From contig NW_021834560.1 in assembly GCF_006345805.1 (NCBI RefSeq), forward strand, positions 1-45,525: a stretch of DNA of 45,525 bases, in the 5' to 3' direction. Of the stretch, positions 30,781-42,659 are shown piece by piece. This DNA comes from Octopus sinensis. Lineage: Eukaryota. A program made the translations under genes and the position numbers. Below the pieces are notes generated by a model. The model ran no database searches, had not been told where the DNA came from, and was given only the letters and a program-made list of their open reading frames with translations. Numbering within the stretch: position 1 is the stretch's first letter; the number at the start of each line of letters is the position of its first letter.

Positions 30781-31773
30781 GTAAGACAGCAAAAATATTA
30801 TTATTATTATTAAAGGCTGCAAGTTGGAAGACTCATTAACATGCTGGGCAAAATGCTAAAGACCATTTTGTCCATCTTTGCTTTCTGAGTTCAAATTCTG
30901 CTAAGGTTGACTTTGCTTTTTGTCCTTTTAGGGGTCAATAAAATAAGTACCATTTGATCTTTGGGGTCAATACAATCAACTTAGCCCCTCCCCCCCTAAA
31001 GAATTACTGCCCTTGTGCCAAGATTTGAAACCATTATTAGTAGTAGTAGTATCATGGTAGCAAGCTGGCAGACTCATTAGTATGCTGGGAAAAATGTTTA
31101 GTGGTATTTCTTCCAGATTTACATTCTGAGGTCAACTTTGCCTTTCATCTTTTTGGGCCCAATAAAATGAAGTACCAGTGAAGCAGTAGGGACAATATTA
31201 ACAACTTACTCCTCCTTTCAAACTGCTGGCTTGAGCCTAAATTTGAAACCATTATTATTATTATTATTATTATCATTATTATTGAGTGAGAGAGCAGTGC
31301 ATTCCATCAAAGTGACACTGGGGTAAAATATACGAAGCCCAATATACCCATCATGACTACCCGTCTGATAAGGGTACACCAGGCACATGCATTACAACCA
31401 TATGTGTGCGACATGGTGATCTCATATCAAGATAAACAGTGCATGACCTTGCAGGTGGGGCCCAGTTAGAATTTTCTTCTGGTCGAGTAACCCATCCCAC
31501 TCAAAAGGTCCCTGAATAAGGGTTGTTTAAGGATGTTGAATGAAACACCAATGTTTCCAGAGGCTATGATGCTCCCCCACTACTTCTGCTCATGATCAGA
31601 GATGCACGTATCGTCAGCCACTAAGGGACATGCTCAACTGGTTACGGTCAAACAACTGACAAGCAAATCTGTGGTATTGTGCAGAATATTTGTTGTAGCC
31701 CATCTTTTTATACCAAGACAAAACAATGTACATGATAACACTTCCAATCGGTTAAGATCAGAAGCCATGAGAG

Positions 31774-33025
31774 TATTATTATTATGATTATTATTATTAT
31801 TATCATCATTATTATTATTATCATTATTATTATTATTATTATTATTATCATCATTATTATTATATTATTATCATTATTATTATTATCATTATTATTATTA
31901 TCATTATTATATTATTATTATCATTATTATTATTATTATCATTATTATTATTATTATTTTTATTTATTATTTTTATTATTATTATTATTATTATCATTAT
32001 TATTATTATTATTATCATTATTATTATCATTATTATTATTATTTATTATTATTGCAAGCTGATAGAATCGTTAGCACACCAGGTGAAATGCTTAGCAGTA
32101 TTTCAGCTGCTGTTCCATCTGAGTTCAGATTCCGCTGAGGTCAGCTTTGCCTTTCATCTTTTCGTGGTCAATAAATTAAGTACCAGTGAAACACCAGAGT
32201 TGATGTAATCAACACATCCCTTCTGGCAAAAATTTGAAAACATCATTATTATTATTATTGAGTGAGAGAGCAGTTCATGCCATCAAAGTGACACTGGGGT
32301 AAAATATACGAAGCCCAGTATACCCATCATGACTACCCGTCTGATAAAGGTACACCAGGCACATGCATCACAACCATATGTGCGCGACATGGTGATCTCA
32401 TATCAAGATAAACAGCAGATGACCTTGCAGGTGGGGCCCAGTTAGAATTTTCTTCTAGTCGAGTAGCCCATACCGCTCAAAAGGTACCTGAATAAGGGTT
32501 GTTTAAGGATGTTGAACGAAACACCCATGTTTCCAGAGGTGAATTATTCAAATCCCAAAGAATGCCTCTCAACACATGGCTATGATGCTCACCCACTACT
32601 TCCTGCATGGGATCAGAGATGCACATATCGTCAGCCACTAAGGGACATGGTCAACTGGTTAAGGTCAAACAACTGACAAGCAAATCTGTGGTATTGAGCA
32701 GAATATTTGCTGTAGCCCATCTTTACACCAAGACAAAACAATGTACATGATAACACTTCCAATCAGTTAAGATCAGAAGCCATGAGAGCCACTGCCTGGT
32801 ACTGCATCAGGGCATCATTATTATTATTATTATTATTATATTATTATTATTATCATTATTGTTATTATCATTATTATTATATTATTATTATGATTATTAT
32901 TATTATCATTATTAATATTATTATTATTATTATTATTATCATTATTATTATTATTATTATATTATCATTATTATTATTATCATTATTATTATATTATTAT
33001 TATCATTATTATTATTATTATCATT

Positions 33026-33056
<31 letters not shown>

Positions 33057-33914
33057 TTATTTTTATTATTATTATCATTATTATTATTATTATTATCATT
33101 ATTATTATCATTATTATTATTATTATTATTATTATTGCAAGCTGATAGAATCGTTAGCACACCAGGTGAAATGCTTAGCAGTATTTCAGCTGCTGTTCCA
33201 TCTGAGTTCAGATTCCGCTGAGGTCAGCTTTGCCTTTCATCTTTTCGTGGTCAATAATTAAGTACCAGTGAAACACCAGAGTTGATGTAATCACACATCC
33301 CTTCTGGCAAAAATTTGAAAACATCATTATTATTATTATTGAGTGAGAGAGCAGTTCATGCCATCAAAGTGACACTGGGGTAAAATATACGAAGCCCAGT
33401 ATACCCATCATGACTACCCGTCTGATAAAGGTACACCAGGCACATGCATCACAACCATGTGTGCGTGACATGGTGATCTCATATCAAGATAAACAGCAGA
33501 TGACCTTGTAGGTGGGGCCCAGTTAGAATTTTCTTCTAGTCGAGTAGCCCATACCGCTCAAAAGGTACCTGAATAAGGGTTGTTTAAGGATGTTGAACGA
33601 AACACCCATGTTTCCAGAGGTGAATTATTCAAATCCCAAAGAATGCCTCTCAACACATGGCTATGATGCTCACCCACTACTTCCTGCATGGGATCAGAGA
33701 TGCACATATCGTCAGCCACTAAGGGACATGCTCAACTGGTTACGGTCAAACAACTGACAAGCAAATCTGTGGTATTGAGCAGAATATTTGCTGTAGCCCA
33801 TCTTTTTATACCAAGACAAAACAATGTACATGATAACACTTCCAATCAGTTAAGATCAGAAGCCATGAGAGCCACTGCCTGGTACTGCATCAGGCATCAT
33901 TATTATTATTATTA

Positions 33915-33949
<35 letters not shown>

Positions 33950-34040
33950 GATGATTATTATTATTATCATTATTATATTATTATTATCATCATTATTATT
34001 ATTATTATTTATTATTATTATTATTATATTATTATCATTA

Positions 34041-34074
<34 letters not shown>

Positions 34075-34094
34075 GTTATTATCATTATTATTAT

Positions 34095-34135
<41 letters not shown>

Positions 34136-34200
34136 GTTATTATCATTATTAATATTATTATCATTATTATTATTATTATTATTATTATTGAGGCAGCAAG
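31774..34200. repeat. Long (TTA/TCA)n tracts (31774-32053, 32815-33136, 33897-34190) within a ~1.08-kb tandem duplication
   Basis: Directly visible; source of the poly-I/L/Y/N ORFs. Confidence 0.9.
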
Positions 34201-34409
34201 CTGACAGAGTTGTTAGCACACGGCAAAATGCTTAGTGGTATTTCATCTACCTTTATGTTCTGAGTTCAGATTCTGCTGAGGTCAGCTTTGCCTTTCATCA
34301 TTTTCGCAGTCAATAAATTAAGTACCAGTGAAACACTGGGATCAATATAATCAATACATCCCTTGTGGCAAAAATTTGAAACCATTATCATTATTATTAT
34401 TATTATTCT

Positions 34410-34565
34410 GCGAGCTGGCAGAATCGTTAGCACGCCGGTCGAAATGCGTAGCCGTATTTCGTCTGCCGTTATGTTCTGAGTTCAAATTCCGCCGATGTCG
34501 ACTTTGCCTTTCATCCTTTCGGGGTTGATTAAATAAGTACCAGTTACGCACTGGGGTCGATGTAA
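34410..34565 (+). mobile_element. Second tRNA-derived SINE family (other copies at ~1890, 27340, 27578, 30815, 31060, 32054, 33137, 34190; 42400-42500 on -)
   Basis: gcgagctggcagaatcgttagcacgcc...gttctgagttcaaattccgcc...ttgcctttcatcctttcgggg...aagtaccag; usually flanked by (TTA)n. Confidence 0.75.
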
Positions 34566-34877
34566 TCAACTTAATCCATTTGTCTGTCCTTGTTTGTCCC
34601 CTCTATGTTTAGCCCCTTGTGGGTAGTAAAGAAATAGGTATTTCATTTGTCTTTACTTTCTGAGGTCAGCTTCGCCTGTCATCTTTTTGGGGTTAATAAA
34701 TTAAGTACCAGTGAAATACTGGGGTCGATGTAATTAACACATGCCTTGTGGAAAAAATTTGAAAACATTATTATTATTATTATTCATGTAACGTTTGAAG
34801 CTGTCTGCCACTTGAGTCTGCAGTGAAGAATTAATGTTCCACTTTTCATTGGCAAGGAATTGCACAACCAGGCTTCA

Positions 34878-35468
34878 GATCTTTTCCTTTTGAACGGCAG
34901 ATGTCAACACAATTTCTAGTTGACTAAACACTTTAAAACTTCGTATACTGGTAGAATGTGTTTATAAAAATCATTTTCTCTTGGTTTTATTGAGAAAATT
35001 CTATAGTTTGTAAGATATTTCGTCTGAAAATCCAAGCATTTCGGCAATTTTAACCAATCGATTACCTCCGTTCAACTAAAATCATTTGTTGCATCTAAAA
35101 CTGAGACAACATCATGTAACTAACCTTAAGCCTTCCCCCTAACCCTAAATTTTTTTCTTAATTGTTAAATTAATTTAATTCCATTGCTTTAGTTTTTTTT
35201 TACACGCGTAACAATTAAGAAAAAAAAAAATTTAGGGTTAGTTACAGGATGTTGTCTTAGTTCTAGATGCAGCAAATGATTTTAGCTAAATAGAGGGCAT
35301 AGGATTGGTTAAAATTCGAAAAATTAAACTACGTTAAACAAACAAATTACAATTTTCTCAAGAAAGCCAAGAGAAAAAAATGTTTTATTTTGACACATTC
35401 TACCAGTCTACGAAGTTTAAAAGTGTTTAGTTAACTAGAAATTGTCTGCCGTTCAAAAGGAAAAGATC
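34878..35468. mobile_element. Foldback MITE (~590 bp, imperfect inverted arms along most of its length)
   Basis: gatcttttccttttgaacggcaga ... tctgccgttcaaaaggaaaagatc; inner pairs such as ctaaacactttaaaacttcgta / tacgaagtttaaaagtgtttag. Confidence 0.85.
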
Positions 35469-35665
35469 CCCAGGCTTCCTCTCTCTTTCAGTTATGTCAG
35501 GAAGTGGTGTGGTCCACTTGTCTGAAAGGCTTAAAAGCAGGCATTTTCCTCCCTGGTCAAGCTTTCATCAGCTTCTTCGTGTACCCCTGAAAAGTGTAGC
35601 ACTCGAAGAGTAGAGAGTATTGTAGCTGTTGTTTCATTTGATCTTCTTTCTCTCTGCTTCAAAAG

Positions 35666-35851
35666 GGACAGCAAGAATGACGACATTGAAGATGAAGATG
35701 ATGAGGAAATTCCTAGCGATGACGAAGGGGAAGTTACAGTCAACCCACAATCCTCTGTTACAGTTGACTGCAAAGTGAAGAAAAGGAAGTTGTTGCCTCC
35801 ACAAATCCGGGGATTCCTTGCTAAAAGGGCACGTAAATTTGAAACCTGTCG
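35666..35851 (+). CDS. AATF: AATF exon 7
   Basis: aag acceptor, gtaagg donor, phase 2/2. EDDEEIPSDDE...VKKRKL...GFLAKRARKFETCR aligns with AATF EEISSEDDE...AKRKL...SFMAKRFADF..YR. Confidence 0.88.
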
Positions 35852-36241
35852 GTAAGGGTTCCATTCATACTCTGTCCTTTTTTTCTTTAAAAGCTTTTAT
35901 TTACCTCATTCTATCCTTAAATTTTCTTGCATTATGATGCAAACTCCTGTTTGTCAATCTTTTTATCCTGAAGAAGGAAGCCAGTATTATGGTTAATGCT
36001 TAGATACATCCTCTACTGGTTGCATATCCTCGACTTATTGCATACTCCATCTGCCATTTACAAACATTACAATTAGTACATAATTCCAAGCCTCCAGAAA
36101 CAGCTGTCGGGCTTAAAATACCACGCCTTCTCCCATTAGTTTTCTGCATTTTTTATATTTCATGTAAATATATAAATATCTATATTTATATGCTTATACA
36201 TGAGTATCCATCTTCTGAACATTTATATATATATATATATT

Positions 36242-36424
36242 AGAGGGAAACCACTATAAGGGCAACCCTTATGCTAGAAGCAGATCCGCTATGGTCTTAC
36301 CACTAAGAAATGCTCTCAAGAAAAGTTTTTTTGCTAAATTTTTCTTGAGAACATTTCTCAGTAGTAAGACCATAGCGGATCTACTTCTAGCATAAGGGTT
36401 GTCCACACAGTGGTCATCCTTCTC
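36242..36424. mobile_element. Short foldback element (~75-80-bp arms, ~15-nt loop), related to 43568-44065
   Basis: caacccttatgctagaagcagatccgctatggtcttac paired with gtaagaccatagcggatctacttctagcataagggttg. Confidence 0.85.
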
Positions 36425-37913
36425 ATATGTATGTATGTGTGTGTGTGTGTGTATATATCATCATCATCATTTAACGTCTGTTTTCCACGCTAGCACGGGT
36501 TGGACGGTTTCGACCGGGGTCTGGGGAGCCAGGGGCTGCCCCAGGCTCCAGTCTGGTCTGGCAGTGTTTCTACAGCTGGATGCCCTTCCTAACGCCAACC
36601 ACTCCGCAAGTGTAGTGGGTGCTTTTTACGTGCCACCTGCACAGGTGCCAGAGGGGTCTGGCATCAGCCACGGTCAGTTGGTGCTTTTTATGTGCCACCT
36701 GCACAGAAGCCAGTCGGGGCGGTGCTGGCATCGGCCACGTTCGGATGGTGCTTTTTAAGTGGGGGGAGGGTGCGGAAATATAGGGGAGCACCAGTGGGGA
36801 GGGGTGTTCGGAGAAACGATGACAGGTTCTAGACAAGTAGAACGTAGGATATCACGAGAGGGGTAATGCATGGTGAAATAGCGTATTGAAGAGGGGGGTT
36901 CGAAGAGTAGACACCTATAATGGTGGTGGGAGAAGCGACATCCGGTATAGATGGAGCAAAAATATAGAGATATCCGTTATTGGTGGTGGGGGTGGGCAAG
37001 GGCGGGTGCACCGGGAATATGCGAAGGTTGAACTTGATGGGCTGGCTTAAAAATGCTCTTAGCAATGGAAGGGGGGAAAAGAAGAGGGGGGGAGGGCATA
37101 CAACGTAAAAGAGGGAGAGAGAGAGAGAGAGAAGGGAATAGTGGAACCCCGCGAAAATCGGCCGCCATTGAAAAAATCCTGTATGGAGAAACTCAAATAT
37201 CTATTCTGTATTTAGCGAGACACGAGGCCGGAAACTGATGGTCAACAATAACTAATAAATTATACAGAATATGCAATACAAGGCGAAATAATAATACTAA
37301 TAAACAAATTGTCGACTGGGGGTCAAAGGGATAATACTAATAATAATAATAATAATAATAATAAACAGCTTAACCACTAGAGATCAGACAAATTTGCATG
37401 AGAATATTACTGGTACAGATTACGGGATGAATTAGATTAGAAAGATTTTCTTATCTTGGGAACATTTCGTTTTTCGGCCTGACACGGTGAATATGCGAAG
37501 GTACACACATATTGTGTAAATATATATGTATATTTATTTATAAATATGTGTGTGTATATTTATATATATATAAAGTAAAAGACCCCCTACAGTCATGAAT
37601 GACCATGGGATTGCATCTGGAAAGTTCCCTTCCAAAGCAAATGTCCAGGCAAGGTCATTTGTGGAAAAGAAGCAATCACCCATGCATACTAGCCACTCCT
37701 CCCCCTCACTTTACGCCACTGGTGTTATCCAAGGGAGAGACAGTGGCAGAAGCAGCTTGGTACCAGTGACACACACATACAGATGAGTGAGTGGCAAAAC
37801 GAAAGAAAGTGACACTCAACACATTTCATTACATATATTTATGTCTGTGTGTCTTATCTCACACTCTTTCCCTCTGCCTCTTCTCTCATCCTTTCTCTTG
37901 TTCTTCCCCTCAG

Positions 37914-38022
37914 TAATGCTGTGATACAGAAATGGGACACCAAGACCAGACTCGCCTCAGGGAAACTCAACAAAAAGTCTTTCAGTGCACTGGAGCAGTC
38001 TGCTTTAAAACAGATTGAACAG
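37914..38022 (+). CDS. AATF: AATF exon 8
   Basis: NAVIQKWDTKTRLASGKLNKKSFSALEQSALKQIEQ matches AATF [35 protein letters not shown]; phase 2/0. Confidence 0.95.
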
Positions 38023-38634
38023 GTAGGTTGAAGGTTCAATCCCAGTCTGGGTGTATTGGTGTGTGTGTGTGTGTGTGTGTAATTCTCCCTTGGAAATAGG
38101 GGTGCATAGGTATGTGAATAATAGTAGGGGATGACTGCTGCTGCTAGATACAAGGTTTGTGATATCAGCATCACACACACACAGGCATATACACACACAT
38201 CATCATCATCATCATATATGCATACGTGTGTATGTCATCATCATCACCATTTAATATCCGCTTTCCATGCTAGCATGGGTTGGATGATTTGACTGAGGAC
38301 TGGTGAGCCAGATGGCTGCACCAGGCTCCAATCTTGATCTGGCAGAGTTTCTACAGCTGGATGCCCTTCCTAACGCCAACCACTCTGAGAGTGTAGTGAG
38401 TGCTTTTTACATGCCACCAGCACGAGGGCCAGTCAGGCAGTACTGGCAACGACCTCGCTCGAATCTTTGTACACATGCCACCAGCACAGGTGCCAGTAAG
38501 GCGACGTTGGTGGTTAAATAAGTATATTTTGGGGTAATTGGTTCCTCAACCCCTGCTCTATTGGATCTCTCTATATATATCTGTATATAGGCATGTCTTG
38601 TTTATACCCCAGTTGTGTTTCTTTCTATTTCCAG

Positions 38635-38739
38635 GTTTTATATGACAGAGAACGGCTCATAAAACGCACCCAGATTCAGCGGTCATCATACAAGATCTAT
38701 GGTCAGCCTGAGAAGGAAGAGTCCATCACAGATGACAGG
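38635..38739 (+). CDS. AATF: AATF exon 9
   Basis: VLYDRERLIKRTQIQRSSYKIYGQPE matches [26 protein letters not shown]; cag/gtgagt, phase 0/0. Confidence 0.95.
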
Positions 38740-38814
38740 GTGAGTACTTAGTCTTAGTTCTTCTCACTTTAACCATTTCATCACGTGATGTTCCAGGGCT
38801 CAATATCAGATTAT

Positions 38815-40400
38815 CATCATCATCATCATCATCCTTTAACGTCCGCTGGACAATTTGACTGTGGTCTGGCAAACCAGACTCCAATCTCATCTGGCAGAAT
38901 TTCTACAGCTGGATGCCCTTCCTAACGCCAACCACTCTGAGAGTATAGTTGAATGTTTTTTACATGCCACCGGCACGAGGGCCAGTTTGGTGGTACTGGC
39001 AACGGCCACGCCCAAATGGTGCTTTTTACGCGCCACCTGCACTCCAATCTGATCTGGCAGAGTTTCTACAGCTGGATGCCCTTCCTAACGCCAACCACTC
39101 CAAGAGTATAGTGGGTGCTAAGTACCACCAGTTTGGTGGTACTTAGCAACGGTCACGCTCAAATGGTGCTTTTTACATGCCACCTGCACAGGAGCCAGTC
39201 CAGCGGCACTGGCAATGAACTTGCTCGAATGTTTTTTCAGGTGCCATCAGCACAAGTGCTAGTAAGGTGACGCAGGTAACGATCATGCTCAAATGGTGCT
39301 TTTTATGTACCACTGGCACGAAGGCCAGCTTGTTGCTCTGGCAACGATCTCACTCATATGGTACTCTTAACGCTCCACTAGCAACGGATGCCAGTCACCA
39401 AGTTTGATTTCGACTTCACTTGCCTCAACTGGTCTTCGCAAGCAGAGTTTACTGTCCAATGAAGATAAAGCATGCATAGGTGATTAAGATATTAAAATCT
39501 ATTGGGGGACATAAATGCTGGGTGTCAGGTGCTCCAACAGGTTGTTCTGTTTGTAGAAGGTATAGACTATTAATTCTACATTATCTCAGTTCACTTGTTG
39601 GTAAACACAATCATGTAGATTGTGTTTTATACATGCATGATATGTGTGTGTGTGTATATAGGCACAGGCATGGCTGTATGGTAAAATCTTTGCTTCCCAA
39701 CCACATGGTTCCGGGTTCAGTCCCACTGCATACCACTTAAGCCAAGTGTCTTCTTCTATGGCTTCAGGCTGACCAAAGCCTTGTGAGCAGATTTGGTAGA
39801 CTGGAAACTGAAAGAAGCTCATCATCATCATCGTCGTCATCTTTTAACGCCTGCTTTCCATGCTGGCACGGGCTGGATGGTTTGATTGAGGACTGGAAAG
39901 GTTTCTACAGCTGGATGCCCTTCCGAACGCCAACCACTCTGAGAGTGTAGTGGGTGCTTTTTATGTGCCTCCGGCATGGGGGCCAGTCAAGCAGCACTGG
40001 CCCTAACCATGCTCAAATGGTACTTTTTACATGCTACTGACACGGGAGCCAGTTAGGTGGCACTGGCAACGACCATGCTCGAATGGTGCTTTTTATGTGC
40101 CTCCGGTACGGGACCAGTCAGGCGGCACTGGCATCAACCACACTTGTATGGTGCTTTTTATGTGCCACCAGCATGGGAGCCAATCTGGTGGGACAGGCAT
40201 CGACCATGCTTGAATGGTGTTTTTTATGTGCCCGTGGCACAGGTGCCAGTCATGCTGTATTGACATCAGCAACGACAATGATTTCACTTGATTCAACAGG
40301 TTTTCTTAAGCACAGTATATTGCCCAATGATTGAAGGGTACTCTTAAATGGGGCCGGTTGTGTGACGCTGGCATCGGCCATGACTATGATCTCACTTGGC
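38815..40400 (-). repeat. Cluster of RTE-3'-UTR-derived copies with expanded ~55-60-bp modules
   Basis: Repeated cagctggatgcccttcctaacgccaaccactc and tggtgctttttatgtgccacc...ggcaacgac modules; interrupted by a SINE at ~39661-39818. Confidence 0.7.
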
Positions 40401-40895
40401 TTGCTGGGTTTTCTCAGTCATTTAACATCCTCTTTCCTTGCTGGCATGGGTTGGATGGTTTCACAGGAGCTGGCCAGGCAGAAGACCACACCAGACTTCT
40501 GTGTCTGTTTTGGCATAGACATTACAGCTGGATGCTCTTCCTATCACCAACCACCCTACAGAGTGGACTGAGTGGTTTTTATGTGGAACCAGCACAGGTG
40601 AGGTCATTTTTCGCATGGGCTTTACAGCTGGGTGCCCTTCCAAACAGCAACCACTTTACAGTGTGGACTGGATGCTTTTTATGTGGCACCTGCACAGGCT
40701 GGGTCATTTTTGACATGGGCTTTACAGATGGATGCACTCCCAAACACCAACCGCTTTACTGTGTGGACATATATATATATATGTATTTCGTTTTGGGGAT
40801 TTGGTTTGCAAGATTCTTCATCACCATCACCACCATCATCATCATCATCATCACCACCACCACCACCATCATCATCATCGTTATTATTATTGCAG

Positions 40896-41044
40896 GATGA
40901 TCCTGTGGCTGTCAGCAAAGAAGAGCAGGACAAGAACACCCGAGAGACGGAGATCTTTGATGACTCCGACTTTTACCATTTGTTACTTCAAGACTTCATT
41001 CGCAAGAAATCAATGATTGGAAATGATGCAAGTTCGGTTAACAG
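40896..41044 (+). CDS. AATF: AATF exon 10
   Basis: EIFDDSDFYHLLLQDFIRKK is the hallmark AATF/TRAUB-domain motif ([20 protein letters not shown]); phase 0/2. Confidence 0.96.
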
Positions 41045-41232
41045 GTAGGAGACAGTTAGTTAACTTCATGGCTGAGGCCCACAAAAGTTTTTGTCTGTCT
41101 GTCTCTCTCTCTCTCCTCTCTCTTTCGCTTGTCTCTCTCTTTCTCTGTGTCGCTTCTTCTCTCTCAGTTTGAAATGGTCTCTTCATATGTTTCTGGATAT
41201 TATGAAACAATCAGTACACATATACATACACA

Positions 41233-41291
<59 letters not shown>

Positions 41292-41330
41292 ATAATTCAA
41301 TGGATATTTGTCCTCATCTTGTTTGTTGTC

Positions 41331-41376
41331 AACACAACATTTTGGCTGATGTACCCTCCAGCCTTCATCAGGTGTC
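41331..41376 (-). ncRNA. Penelope-type minimal hammerhead-like motif, apparently CpG-decayed
   Basis: GACAC-CTGATGA-A-GGCTG(gagggtacat)CAGCC-AAAA-TGTT-GTGTT. Stems I and II pair; the expected GAAAC reads AAAAT. Confidence 0.5.
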
Positions 41377-41426
41377 TTGGAGAAATTACGAACCTGGGTT
41401 CTCATTCCTAAGGCATATTTCAATGT

Positions 41427-41600
41427 TATTATTATTATTATCCAGGTCACTGCCTGGAATCGAACTTGGAATCTTGGGGTTTGTAGCCCATGCTCTTAAC
41501 CACTACACCATATGCCTGTGGGTGTAGTGGTTAAGAGCGCGGGCTACTAACCCCAAGATTCTGAGTTCGATTCCAGGAAGTGACTTTAATAATAATAATA
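41427..41600. repeat. Divergently oriented inverted pair of tRNA-like heads, each followed by (AAT)n
   Basis: 41521-41585 ggtgtagtggttaagagcgcgggctactaaccccaagattctgagttcgattccagg (A and B boxes) and a slightly diverged reverse complement at 41445-41509; 11-nt spacer. Confidence 0.8.
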
Positions 41601-42212
41601 GGAGCTTTCCGTCAGTTGCAATGATGAGGGTCCTAGCTGATACGATCAACGGAACAGCTTGCTCGTGAAATTAACGTGCAAGTGACTGAGCAATCCACAG
41701 ACACGCGTACCCATAACGTAGTTCTCAGGGAGATTCAGCGTGACACAGAGTGTGACAAGACCGACCCTTTGTAATACAGGTACAACTTATTTTTGCCAGC
41801 CGAGTGGACCGGAGCAACGTGAAATAAAGTGTCAAGGACACACCAGCATCAGTTGTCAAGCGATGTTGGGGGGACAAACACACACATACACATATATTTA
41901 TACATATATACAATGGGCTTCTCTCAGTTTCCATCTACCAAATCGACTCACAAGGCTTTGGTCGGCACGAGGCTGTAGTAGAAGACACTTGCCCAAGATG
42001 CCACGCAGTGGGACTGAACCCGGAACCACATGGTTGCTAAGCAAGCTACTTACCACACAGCCACTCCTGCGCAATATGTTGAATAAAATCATAATTAATT
42101 TATCCTACTGTATTTTCTTATAATCAAAACCAGGAGCTTTTCAGTACACCCTCATATTTATATCTGTGTGTATGTTTGATCACATTTATTCTCTGTATTT
42201 CGTTTCTTCCAG

Positions 42213-42293
42213 GCAATACCAAGAGATTCAACAACTCCGTGACAAGAAGAAAAGGAATGTTGACCCAAGGGCTAGCAAGGGGAGAAAGCTCAG
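42213..42293 (+). CDS. AATF: AATF exon 11
   Basis: [28 protein letters not shown] matches [28 protein letters not shown]; phase 2/2. Confidence 0.96.
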
Positions 42294-42587
42294 GTAAGTT
42301 TCATTGCCACAGTTGTTGTTGTTTAGTTCCTACAACCTATTTCTTTACTACTCACAAGGGGCTACACACAGAGGGGACAAACAAGGACAGACAAACAGAT
42401 TAAGCCGATTACATCAACCCCAGTGCGTAACTGGTACTTAATTTATCGACCTCGAAAGGATGAAAGGCAAAGTCGACCTCGGCGGAATTTGAACTCAGAT
42501 AATATATTTGAATGTCTCTCTTTCATTTAGTTTCTCTCACTTTTCTCTCTCTCTCTCTCTCACACACCTGTCTCTATCTTCCTACAG

Positions 42588-42659
42588 GTATGATGTACAT
42601 AAAAAACTCGTTAACTTCATGGGACCTATTGATCAGTCGAGCTGGACAGATGAAGCAAG
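42588..42659 (+). CDS. AATF: AATF exon 12 (terminal exon not confidently found)
   Basis: YDVHKKLVNFMGPIDQSSWTDEA(R) matches [24 protein letters not shown]; cag/gtgagt, ends in phase 2. Confidence 0.95.

Noticed and set aside
35492-35620. Possible extra exon after ttcag at 35491 (frames reading VMSGSGVVHL... or LCQEVVWSTCLKGLKAG...)
   Set aside because: All frames close with stops, there is no AATF similarity, and exons 6 and 7 already join in phase.
41521-41590. Possible tRNA-Ser(ACT) gene
   Set aside because: A/B boxes and an anticodon-like loop are present, but there is no convincing acceptor stem, the anticodon stem is mispaired and an (AAT)n tail follows. It is a SINE-type head, not a tRNA gene.
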